A DNA stretch of 64,000 nucleotides from an uncultured Bacteroidales bacterium (GTDB taxonomy: Bacteria; Bacteroidota; Bacteroidia; Bacteroidales; GWA2-32-17), in contig CAYSIN010000002.1 of NCBI GenBank assembly GCA_964431135.1, forward strand, positions 1,811 through 65,810. Reading direction: 5' to 3'. The position numbers and the translations under genes were made by a program. This document shows, one piece after another, positions 17,410-26,004 of the stretch. Under the pieces are notes generated by a model that searched no databases, had not been told where the DNA came from, and worked only from the letters and a program-made list of their open reading frames with translations. The stretch's first letter is position 1. Every line of letters starts with the position of its first letter.

Positions 17410-17775
17410 ATGAAAGAAAGTACTATAAAAGATAAAAGTTTAAAATTTGCCGTCAGAATGGTGAAGTTGTATAAATTTCTTGCCGAAGATAAGAACGAGT
17501 TTGTGATGAGCAAGCAACTTTTAAAATGTGGTACAAGCATTGGGGCAAATATCAGAGAAGGAGATTATGCAGAATCGAAATCGGATTTTATTCATAAATA
17601 CTCAATCGCACAAAAAGAATGTAATGAAACGATATATTGGCTTGAATTACTTTATTTGTCAAAATATTTAACTAAAACAGAATTTGAATCAATTAATAAA
17701 GATTGTGTAGAGTTAATGAAATTATTGACTTCCATTATCAAAACGGCAAAAAAATCATTAACCATTAATCATTAA
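17410..17775 (+). CDS. Four-helix-bundle protein (23S rRNA intervening-sequence protein / Avd-like family) inserted between nuoD and nuoH
   Basis: 121 aa. Family signature SKQLLKCGTSIGANIREG ... ESKSDFIHKYSIAQKECNETIYWLELL. Flanked by the 11-bp inverted repeat TAATGATTAAT (17376-17386) / ATTAATCATTA (17764-17774). Confidence 0.75.
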   Translation: MKESTIKDKSLKFAVRMVKLYKFLAEDKNEFVMSKQLLKCGTSIGANIREGDYAESKSDFIHKYSIAQKECNETIYWLELLYLSKYLTKTEFESINKDCVELMKLLTSIIKTAKKSLTINH

Positions 17776-17787
17776 ACATTAAAAATT

Positions 17788-18876
17788 ATGAGTGGATTTT
17801 TATACGATTTTTCAGTAGTAACACAAAGTATAGATACAGCGTTTCGTTCATGGATGCCCGATGTATGGGCTACTGTTCTTGAATATACTATCATTGGTCT
17901 CATTTATCTGATTGTGTATGCCCTTATCGGATTGTTTTTAGTGTATTTGGAAAGAAGGGTATGTGCCTTTATTCAAGTACGCTTGGGTCCAAATCGTGTT
18001 GGTCCAAAAGGATTTTTTCAGACTATTGCCGACTTTATCAAGTTACTGTTAAAAGAAAATATAAGAATAAAAAATGCAGATAAAATACTTTTCAATATTG
18101 CTCCGTTCATTGTAATTGTTGCTTCATTCCTTACTTTTGGGACTATTCCCTTTGCCAAAGGATTGCAGGGTATAGACTTAAATATAGGTGTTTTTTTTAT
18201 TATGGCCGCGTCTTCTATGGGTGTAGTAGGTATTTTACTGGGTGGATGGTCCAGCAATAGCAAATATTCGCTTATTGGTGCCATGCGTAGTGGTGCTCAA
18301 ATTGTGAGTTACGAATTGTCGGTAGGACTAACACTGGTAACAATGGTTATATTAACAGGAACCATGCAATTGTCGCAGATTATAGAATTACAAAGCGACG
18401 GATGGTTTATTTTTAAAGGACATATTCCTGCCTTAATTTCATTAATCGTAATGTTGATTGCTGGTACTGCCGAAATAAACAGAGGTCCTTTTGACTTGGC
18501 AGAAGCCGAATCGGAACTGACAGCCGGTTATCATACCGAATATTCAGGTATCAAATTCGCCTTTTTCTACCTGTCGGAATACATGAATATGTTTGTGTTG
18601 TCGGCATTGGTGGCTACTATCTTTTTTGGTGGATGGATGCCATTACATATAGGTTCATGGCAAGCGTTTAATCATATTATGGATTTTATACCGCCCATCG
18701 TTTGGTTTGTTATAAAAACATTCGCCGTTATGTATCTTATCATGTTATTCAAATGGACATTTCCACGTTTAAGAATAGACCAGTTGCTCAAACTTGAATG
18801 GCAATATTTGCTTCCAATCAATCTGTTTAACGTGTTGCTAATGGCGTTTGTAGTTTTTATGAAGTGGCATTTTTAA
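17788..18876 (+). CDS. nuoH: NADH-quinone oxidoreductase subunit H
   Basis: 362 aa, polytopic. ERRVCAFIQVRLGPNRVGP and PFDLAEAESEL motifs. Confidence 0.9.
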   Translation: MSGFLYDFSVVTQSIDTAFRSWMPDVWATVLEYTIIGLIYLIVYALIGLFLVYLERRVCAFIQVRLGPNRVGPKGFFQTIADFIKLLLKENIRIKNADKILFNIAPFIVIVASFLTFGTIPFAKGLQGIDLNIGVFFIMAASSMGVVGILLGGWSSNSKYSLIGAMRSGAQIVSYELSVGLTLVTMVILTGTMQLSQIIELQSDGWFIFKGHIPALISLIVMLIAGTAEINRGPFDLAEAESELTAGYHTEYSGIKFAFFYLSEYMNMFVLSALVATIFFGGWMPLHIGSWQAFNHIMDFIPPIVWFVIKTFAVMYLIMLFKWTFPRLRIDQLLKLEWQYLLPINLFNVLLMAFVVFMKWHF

Positions 18877-18882
18877 TAACTT

Positions 18883-19365
18883 TTGATTATGGGATTAAAA
18901 ACATATATTTCTGGTATATTTAAAGGATTGAATTCTCTCTTGAAAGGATTGAGAGTAACTAATTATTATTTTTTCCACCCCAATCGAATAGTAACTCAAA
19001 AATATCCCGAAAACAGGAAAAAACTTAAAATGTTTGACCGTTATAAGGGGGAAGTAATTTTAATTCATAACGAAAAAAATGAACATCTTTGTACTGGGTG
19101 TGGCATTTGCGAATTGAATTGCCCCAATGGCTCTATTGAAATTATTTCTAAAATGGAAACAGGCGAGGATGGAAAAAAGAAAAGAGTTATAGACAAGCAT
19201 ATTTATCATTTAGGCATGTGCACTTTTTGCGGTTTATGTATAAAATATTGTCCATCCAAAGCATTGACTTTTGGCAATGAGTTTGAACATGCCGTTTTTA
19301 ATCGTTCTCATTTAAACAAAGTACTAAATAAAGAAGGTTCAACTTTAATGAAAGGAGTGGAATAA
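18883..19365 (+). CDS. nuoI: NADH-quinone oxidoreductase subunit I
   Basis: 160 aa. Two ferredoxin motifs, CTGCGICELNCP and CTFCGLCIKYCP. Confidence 0.85.
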   Translation: MIMGLKTYISGIFKGLNSLLKGLRVTNYYFFHPNRIVTQKYPENRKKLKMFDRYKGEVILIHNEKNEHLCTGCGICELNCPNGSIEIISKMETGEDGKKKRVIDKHIYHLGMCTFCGLCIKYCPSKALTFGNEFEHAVFNRSHLNKVLNKEGSTLMKGVE

Positions 19366-19367
19366 TT

Positions 19368-19922
19368 ATGGAACTAACAGCCCCCAAAATCATATTTTAT
19401 ATTATTGCTGCTGCCATTCTGATTTTTTCGCTGCTCACCGTTACCAGCAAGCGAATTTTGCGTGCAGCCACATTTTTGTTTATTGTACTTATATCTACTG
19501 CCGCCCTGTATTTTTTAGTAAACTATCAGTTTATGGGTGCCGTTCAAATTACTCTGTACGCAGGTGGCATTGTCGTAATGATTATCTTTTCTATTTTGCT
19601 GACAAGCCACGTGGGCGAAAGAATTGAACCCATTAGCAAGATTAAATTTTTTGCTTCACTCATTGCCGTAATGGCAGGTTGGGCTTTATCGCTATGGGTT
19701 ATTTTGAGTTATCCGTTTGTAGCAAACACTAAAGAAGCTGCCGTTGCCGTAAATATGGATTCTATAGGAAAAGCATTGCTCAATTACAATAAAAATGGCT
19801 ATGTATTGCCCTTTGAGGTTGTTTCTATTTTGTTGCTGGCTGCGATTATTGGCTCTATCATTATTTCCAAAAAACAACCCGAAGATAAAGAAATTGAATC
19901 TGAAAATAATAAAAATAATTAA
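19368..19922 (+). CDS. nuoJ: NADH-quinone oxidoreductase subunit J
   Basis: 184 aa, 5 TM. Assigned by position in the operon. Confidence 0.8.
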   Translation: MELTAPKIIFYIIAAAILIFSLLTVTSKRILRAATFLFIVLISTAALYFLVNYQFMGAVQITLYAGGIVVMIIFSILLTSHVGERIEPISKIKFFASLIAVMAGWALSLWVILSYPFVANTKEAAVAVNMDSIGKALLNYNKNGYVLPFEVVSILLLAAIIGSIIISKKQPEDKEIESENNKNN

Positions 19923-19924
19923 TT

Positions 19925-20242
19925 ATGCTGGAAGGTTTAACATTACAGGATTTTTTGATTGTCAGTACATCCATGTTTTTTATAGGAATATTTGGATTTC
20001 TGACACGACGCAATTTAATTACCATATTGATGTCGGTTGAACTGATATTAAATTCGGTGAACATTAATTTTGTTGCATTCAACTATTTTTTGTTTCCGAA
20101 TGCCATGCATGGAATTTTCTTTGCGATTTTTGTAATAGCCATAGCCGCTGTAGAAGCTGCTGTTGCCATTGCTATTATCATCAACATTTATCGCAAATTT
20201 AGGTCCATCAATATTGAAAATGTGAGTCAAATGAAATATTAA
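19925..20242 (+). CDS. nuoK: NADH-quinone oxidoreductase subunit K
   Basis: 105 aa, 3 TM. MSVELILNSVN motif. Confidence 0.85.
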   Translation: MLEGLTLQDFLIVSTSMFFIGIFGFLTRRNLITILMSVELILNSVNINFVAFNYFLFPNAMHGIFFAIFVIAIAAVEAAVAIAIIINIYRKFRSINIENVSQMKY

Positions 20243-20248
20243 TGTATT

Positions 20249-22177
20249 ATGGGAATAAGTTTTCAATACACAATTTTAATACCTGCTATTCCGCTTCTTA
20301 GTTTTCTAATAATCGGATTCTTATATCACAAAATGTCCAATAAACTGGCAGGTATTTGGGGGTCGTTATCTATTTTTACTTCCTTCTTGCTTTCGTTATA
20401 TACGGCATATCAATATTTCTTTGTCGTAGGAAAAGTAAACGGAGCATACCAAAAACTGGTTGGATTTGATTTTGAATGGTTAAAATTTAGCGACACGCTG
20501 TCGGCTCATATAGGAACACTCATAGACCCCATCTCGGTTATGATGCTAATTGTAGTTACAACGGTTTCGCTGATGGTTCACATATACAGTATTGGTTATA
20601 TGAAAGGCGATAGAGGATTTAACCGCTTTTTTGCCTTTTTGTCTTTGTTCAGTTTTTCCATGCTCGGACTGGTGTTATCAACTAATATTTTTGAGATTTA
20701 TATTTTTTGGGAACTGGTAGGCGTTTCATCTTATCTGCTCATCGGTTTTTATTACGAAAAAAATTCTGCGGTGGCAGCCGGCAAAAAGGCGTTTATTGTT
20801 ACACGCTTTGCCGACCTGTTTTTCTTAATCGGAATATTGATTTTGTCGTTCTATACCAAAACATTTGATTTTATTACCCTCACCAACCCAAGCAATGTAG
20901 CCCTCATGCAAACGGGAAGCATCACGTTTTTAGGATTAAGTATAACAACATGGGCTTTGCTGTTAATATTCATTGGTGGTGCAGGTAAATCGGCTATGTT
21001 TCCATTGCACATCTGGTTGCCCGATGCTATGGAAGGTCCATCACCCGTATCTGCCTTAATACATGCAGCCACCATGGTTGTTGCTGGTGTATTTTTAGTT
21101 GCCCGTTTGTTCCCCATTTATGCATTAGGTTCGCATGAAGCATTGCAAGTGGTTGGATATGTGGGTGCCTTTACATCGCTCTTTGCGGCTGTGATTGCCA
21201 TGACACAAATGGATTTTAAACGGGTACTGGCATTTTCTACCATTTCGCAAATTGGCTATATGATGGTAGGTTTAGGCGTTTCGGGTTACGGCGACGAAGC
21301 AGGACTTGGCTATATGGCATCTATGTTTCACTTGTTTACTCACGCCATGTTCAAAGCGTTGCTGTTTCTTTGTGCCGGTGCGGTTATTCATGTTGTTCAT
21401 ACCAATTTTATTAATGAAATGGGCGGTTTACGAAAACACATGAAAATTACTCATATTACTTTCCTTATTGCTACCTTGGCTATTGCAGGTTTTCCCGGAT
21501 TTGCCGGTTTCTTTAGCAAGGACGAAATAATTACCGCTGCTTACGAACATAACAAAATTATTTTCTATACCGAATTGCTTGTTGCCGGTATTACCGCTTT
21601 TTACATGTTTCGCCTTTATTTCAGAGTATTTTGGAACAAGGAAGCCCAATACGAACATAAGCCTCACGAAGTAGAAAAAACGATGACCATCCCGTTGATG
21701 ATTCTTGCCTTTTTGTCTATTGCCGTTGGGTATATTCCTTTTGGAAAATTTGTTTCATCCAATAGCATTCCACTCGACAGCCATATAAATTGGAGTATTG
21801 CTTCAGCATCTATCATTGTCAGTTTCATCGGAATTATTATTGCATGGATATTGTATAAAAATCCCTCCAATGCACCGCAAAAAATTATTGACAATATTAA
21901 AACACTCTATAAATGGGCATATAATAAATTCTACATTGATGAAATTTATTTATTTGTAACTAAAAAAATCATCTTTAATCTGATATCACGTCCCATTGCT
22001 TGGTTTGACCGTCATGTAGTTGATGGAACCATGAACGGCATTGCCTGGACAACGAACAAAGTTTCCGAAAGCATTAAAGGATTACAATCAGGACAATTAC
22101 AAAAATATGCCTTTGCCTTTGTTTCAAGCACTATAGTGCTAAGTGCCCTGTTTATTTATTTATTGTTGAACTTTTAA
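20249..22177 (+). CDS. nuoL: NADH-quinone oxidoreductase subunit L
   Basis: 642 aa antiporter-like subunit with a long C-terminal helix region. Confidence 0.9.
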   Translation: MGISFQYTILIPAIPLLSFLIIGFLYHKMSNKLAGIWGSLSIFTSFLLSLYTAYQYFFVVGKVNGAYQKLVGFDFEWLKFSDTLSAHIGTLIDPISVMMLIVVTTVSLMVHIYSIGYMKGDRGFNRFFAFLSLFSFSMLGLVLSTNIFEIYIFWELVGVSSYLLIGFYYEKNSAVAAGKKAFIVTRFADLFFLIGILILSFYTKTFDFITLTNPSNVALMQTGSITFLGLSITTWALLLIFIGGAGKSAMFPLHIWLPDAMEGPSPVSALIHAATMVVAGVFLVARLFPIYALGSHEALQVVGYVGAFTSLFAAVIAMTQMDFKRVLAFSTISQIGYMMVGLGVSGYGDEAGLGYMASMFHLFTHAMFKALLFLCAGAVIHVVHTNFINEMGGLRKHMKITHITFLIATLAIAGFPGFAGFFSKDEIITAAYEHNKIIFYTELLVAGITAFYMFRLYFRVFWNKEAQYEHKPHEVEKTMTIPLMILAFLSIAVGYIPFGKFVSSNSIPLDSHINWSIASASIIVSFIGIIIAWILYKNPSNAPQKIIDNIKTLYKWAYNKFYIDEIYLFVTKKIIFNLISRPIAWFDRHVVDGTMNGIAWTTNKVSESIKGLQSGQLQKYAFAFVSSTIVLSALFIYLLLNF

Positions 22178-22189
22178 TTTGATGAAGAT

Positions 22190-23689
22190 ATGAACCTGTC
22201 ACTTTTTGTTATAGTTCCTTTAATTACCGTTATCCTGATTCTTTTTTCAAAGGATATAAAGCAAACACGTATTATTGCAGCCATCGGAATGTCCATACAA
22301 CTTATTCTCAGTGCTATTCTGATAGTATTGTATGTAAATTTGCGAAACCATGGCGTTACAGACCAGTTTGTATTTTTAAAACATATAGCATGGTTTAAAA
22401 GTTTGAATTTCAACTTTATCATGGGCGTGGATGGCATTTCGGTTGCATTGATTGCGTTAACTTCTATCGTAATTTTTGCAGGTGTTTTTGCCTCATGGAA
22501 AATGGAAGATTTGCATCGTGAATTTTTCATTTCTCTTATTGTATTGGCAAGCGGTGTATTTGGCTTTTTTATTACTATCGACATGTTTGCTATGTTTGCC
22601 TTTTATGAACTTGCCGTTATTCCGATGTACATATTGATTGGTATTTGGGGTACGGGAAGAAAAGAATACTCCGCTATGAAATTAACCTTAATGTTAATGG
22701 GCGGGTCTGCATTGATTATAGTGGGCATGCTGGGTTTATATTTTAATTCAGGCGTTCAGGGAGGAGCCTTATCCATGAATTTAATGGACCTTTCAAAAGT
22801 TCATTTCCCAAAGGAAGTACAATTATTTTTATTCCCATTTTTATTTATTGGCTTTGGCGTATTGGGTGCTTTATTCCCATTGCATACATGGTCGCCTGAT
22901 GGTCATGCCTCTGCACCTACCGCCGTATCCATGCTTCATGCTGGCGTACTGATGAAACTTGGAAGTTATGGTGTTTTCCGTATTGCCATTTATCTTTTGC
23001 CCGAAGCAGCCAAACAAATGGGTTCCTTTTTTATGATACTGGCAACGATTGGCATTGTTTACGGTGCTTTGGGGGCTATTATGCAAAAAGATTTGAAATA
23101 TATCAATGCGTATTCTTCGGTTAGCCATTGCGGACTTATACTGTTTGGATTGCTTATGTTGAACAAAACGGCTATGGATGGTGCCATTTTGCAAATGATT
23201 TCACACGGTATAATGACAGCCCTTTTCTTTGCCTTGATAGGTATGATTTATGGACGTACCCATACACGTATGATACATGAAATGGGCGGACTGTTAAGAA
23301 TAATTCCATTTTTAGGTGCCTGTTACATTATTGCAGGATTGGCTTCCTTAGGGTTGCCGGGATTTAGCGGATTTGTTGCCGAAATGCTCGTTTTCTTTGG
23401 TTCATTCCAGCACGCCGATACCTTCCATCGTGTGTTAACTATTTTGGCAGCAAGTTCCATTGTAATTACCGCTGTATATATTTTGCGTGTTATCGGCATC
23501 TTTCTCTTGGGACCTGTTAAGAATGAACATCACCTTGCCCTTAAAGACGCTACATGGTGGGAAAAATTGTCTGTTGGAACACTCATTCTGTTTATTACGC
23601 TTATCGGTTTTTATCCCTATTTTCTTACCGACAACCTGATTGGAAAAAGTCTGGAACCGATATTACAAAAAATACTTATGTTTAACTAA
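22190..23689 (+). CDS. nuoM: NADH-quinone oxidoreductase subunit M
   Basis: 499 aa antiporter-like subunit. Confidence 0.9.
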   Translation: MNLSLFVIVPLITVILILFSKDIKQTRIIAAIGMSIQLILSAILIVLYVNLRNHGVTDQFVFLKHIAWFKSLNFNFIMGVDGISVALIALTSIVIFAGVFASWKMEDLHREFFISLIVLASGVFGFFITIDMFAMFAFYELAVIPMYILIGIWGTGRKEYSAMKLTLMLMGGSALIIVGMLGLYFNSGVQGGALSMNLMDLSKVHFPKEVQLFLFPFLFIGFGVLGALFPLHTWSPDGHASAPTAVSMLHAGVLMKLGSYGVFRIAIYLLPEAAKQMGSFFMILATIGIVYGALGAIMQKDLKYINAYSSVSHCGLILFGLLMLNKTAMDGAILQMISHGIMTALFFALIGMIYGRTHTRMIHEMGGLLRIIPFLGACYIIAGLASLGLPGFSGFVAEMLVFFGSFQHADTFHRVLTILAASSIVITAVYILRVIGIFLLGPVKNEHHLALKDATWWEKLSVGTLILFITLIGFYPYFLTDNLIGKSLEPILQKILMFN

Positions 23690-23705
23690 TTGAATTTTTT
23701 ATAGT

Positions 23706-25127
23706 ATGCTACAAAGTTTTTGTTTGATGAGACAGGAGTTATCGCTGATTATTATAGCCTTATTGATATTGTTTTTGGATATTACGCTCAATCAGCGACA
23801 CAAAAAATTTATTATCCCATTAACCTTGATACTTTTTGGTGTTCATACGTTGTTGGGATTTATTCCCTTTGAAGGAGGCAAATTTTTTGGCGGTATGTTT
23901 GTTACAAGCCATGTACATTCCTTTATGAAAAATGTACTTAATATTGGCGTGTTCATCGTTTTATTACAATCGGTAGCATGGTTAAGAAAAGATATAAATT
24001 CTCCTAAAAGCAATGAGTTTTTAGTGCTGCTTTTTTCAACACTTATAGGTATGTATTTTATGATATCTTCGGGCGATTTTCTGATGTTTTATTTGGGATT
24101 GGAAATTGCATCTATTCCTATGGCTATGCTGGCAGCATTTGATACATTTAGAAGTAAATCATCCGAAGCCGGTATCAAATTTCTTTTAAATTCTGCCTTG
24201 TCTTCAGGCATTATGCTGTTTGGTATATCACTCTTTTACGGAATAAGCGGTACTATTTATTTTGACGAGTTACCCCACTATTTTGCCCACGTTACTCCCT
24301 TGTTTGCACTTGCTTTTATTTTCTTTGTTTCGGGTATGGCTTTTAAAATGTCTCTGGTTCCCTTTCATTTATGGACCGCCGATGTATATGAAGGTTCACC
24401 TACCATTATTACTTCCTATTTTTCTGTTATATCCAAAGGTGCTGCTGCCTTTATATTTTCCCTGTTGCTGTTCAAGGTATTTTTCAACGAAATGTTTTTA
24501 TGGAAAAATATTATTTATTTGCTTTCGGTGCTTACCATGACGGTAGGTAACCTATTTGCCATGCGTCAAACCAATATGAAACGATTTCTGGCTTTTTCGT
24601 CTATTTCGCAGGCAGGTTTTATTTTACTGGGTTTAATTAATGTCGATTCGTTAGGTATAACAGTAGTTATTTATTTTATGCTGATTTATATTCTTTCAAA
24701 CCTGTGTGCTTTTGGTGTCGTAATGGCTATATCCAATGTAACAGGCAAGGAAGAAATTAAGGATTATAATGGTTTATACAGAACCAATCCGTTGCTTTCA
24801 CTGACCATGATGCTTGCCATGTTTTCATTGGCAGGAATACCGCCTACCGCAGGCTTTTTTAGTAAATTTTTCTTGTTTACTGCTGCTGCCAAAGGAAGTT
24901 ATTACTGGCTGGTATTCATCGCTGTTTTAAATACCATCATCTCACTTTATTATTATCTTTTAATCGTAAAAGCCATGTTTATCAATCCAAACGAACAACC
25001 CATTGCACGTTTTAAAAGCGATAGTTATACCAAAACGGCGCTGCTTATTACGGTAATCGGCATTTTTGCTGTTGGTATATACAGCCCCATATTTGATTAT
25101 ATTAAAGATTTGCTAGATAAATTTTAG
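23706..25127 (+). CDS. nuoN: NADH-quinone oxidoreductase subunit N
   Basis: 473 aa antiporter-like subunit. Last gene of the operon. Confidence 0.9.
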   Translation: MLQSFCLMRQELSLIIIALLILFLDITLNQRHKKFIIPLTLILFGVHTLLGFIPFEGGKFFGGMFVTSHVHSFMKNVLNIGVFIVLLQSVAWLRKDINSPKSNEFLVLLFSTLIGMYFMISSGDFLMFYLGLEIASIPMAMLAAFDTFRSKSSEAGIKFLLNSALSSGIMLFGISLFYGISGTIYFDELPHYFAHVTPLFALAFIFFVSGMAFKMSLVPFHLWTADVYEGSPTIITSYFSVISKGAAAFIFSLLLFKVFFNEMFLWKNIIYLLSVLTMTVGNLFAMRQTNMKRFLAFSSISQAGFILLGLINVDSLGITVVIYFMLIYILSNLCAFGVVMAISNVTGKEEIKDYNGLYRTNPLLSLTMMLAMFSLAGIPPTAGFFSKFFLFTAAAKGSYYWLVFIAVLNTIISLYYYLLIVKAMFINPNEQPIARFKSDSYTKTALLITVIGIFAVGIYSPIFDYIKDLLDKF

Positions 25128-25158
25128 GATTTTAGTATATTATATTAGACGGTAAGAA

Positions 25159-25317
25159 ATGAGACATTATAATAAATTAAGGGCATTTGAACTTGCTGAT
25201 GAAGTTGCCGTTTTAATAGATAAAGTAACAAATGATTTCCTTAAAGATGAAATTTATGGTTTAACATCGCCAATGAGAAGAGCATCGGTTTCTGTACTTT
25301 CTAAAATTATTAATTAA
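25159..25317 (+). pseudogene. Truncated four-helix-bundle (23S-IVS protein family) gene fragment, 52 codons
   Basis: Hand translation: MRHYNKLRAFELADEVAVLIDKVTNDFLKDEIYGLTSPMRRASVSVLSKIIN*. It matches the N-terminal half of the family (..E.YGLTSQ.RRA.VS..) but stops where full-length members continue with NIAEG. Confidence 0.6.
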
Positions 25318-25328
25318 ATAGATTATTT

Positions 25329-25649
25329 ATGGGAAAATTCAATGCAAAACATATTGTAGAAGAAATTCAAGGTACACGTTGTACTTTAATTGAAACAGGT
25401 ATTACAAAAAACAGAATGGAATTTTTAAAAAATATGTTGGAAACAAACGGATTGACGGTTTGCGTTGAACCATTGCCTAAAAAAGAAAATGAAGAAGAAC
25501 GATATAAAATAGGTGTTACCGATATCACATTCAATCCAGTAATTGCTATTTATGAACGAAGGCTACAAACCCCCGACGGTATTGTTATATCACCTAAATA
25601 TTGGTTTCAAGAAAGCAATATTTCCAAGCCTTATTATTGGGTTCAATAA
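25329..25649 (+). CDS. Hypothetical 106-aa protein, no recognisable motif
   Basis: Clean ORF in the same orientation as its neighbours. I recognise no family for it. Confidence 0.4.
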   Translation: MGKFNAKHIVEEIQGTRCTLIETGITKNRMEFLKNMLETNGLTVCVEPLPKKENEEERYKIGVTDITFNPVIAIYERRLQTPDGIVISPKYWFQESNISKPYYWVQ

Positions 25650-25698
25650 TGACTCCTTTCCATTTGATACCAAATCGCTAACAAAAGAATGAAAATGT

Positions 25699-25723
25699 GC
25701 ATCCTCGTTGCAAACGAGGACGA
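25699..25723. repeat. 25-bp hairpin repeat, inverted copy of 14513-14537
   Basis: CATCCTCGTTGCAAACGAGGACGAG is the exact reverse complement of 14513-14537. Confidence 0.85.
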
Positions 25724-25735
25724 GGTAGAATAGGT

Positions 25736-25759
25736 ACTTTTTAAGGGACGACTAATTTG
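25736..25759 (+). repeat. CTTTTTAAGGGACGACTAATTTGG motif (copy 3)
   Basis: Same motif as 11984-12006 and 14657-14680. Lies about 20 nt upstream of the leader-copy-B promoter. Confidence 0.7.
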
Positions 25760-25776
25760 GTGATATGAAAAAAAAG

Positions 25777-25915
25777 TTATACCTTTGTGTAAATGTAAAT
25801 TTATATACGGAATTACAAAATGAACTATTTGAGACACATATTCAATAGTGCTCACATGAACAGCATTTATCAAAACAACTCCACGGTGGATAATGAAAAT
25901 ATAATATGGTTTACA
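25777..25915 (+). promoter_or_regulatory. Promoter (-7 box TACCTTTG at 25779-25786) plus conserved leader, copy B
   Basis: Paralogous to 12051-12190. Its uORF (25820-26008) ends in a TGA that overlaps the ATG of the downstream gene (ATGA at 26005-26008). Confidence 0.6.
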
Positions 25916-26004
25916 TATAACAAAGAAATTATTTGTACAGGCAACTATTCAAACATCCAATTTGTCTTATTAATGCAAGCCGTAAATTGCATAATATTAA
26001 AACT

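Noticed and set aside
22174-22584. Antisense or alternative-frame ORFs inside long genes (e.g. 22174-22584, 7849-8199, 39283-39711, 40401-40751, 62470-62898, 35068-35358, 43957-44274, 46152-46517)
   Set aside because: Each lies within a strongly supported gene on the opposite strand or in another frame, has low-complexity or odd composition and no motif. These are typical shadow ORFs.
25933-26004. Upstream start (MYRQLFKHPICLINASRKLHNIKT) given by the ORF track for the T9SS protein
   Set aside because: The signal peptide begins at the ATG at 26005. The upstream extension overlaps the conserved leader/uORF region and has no signal-peptide character.
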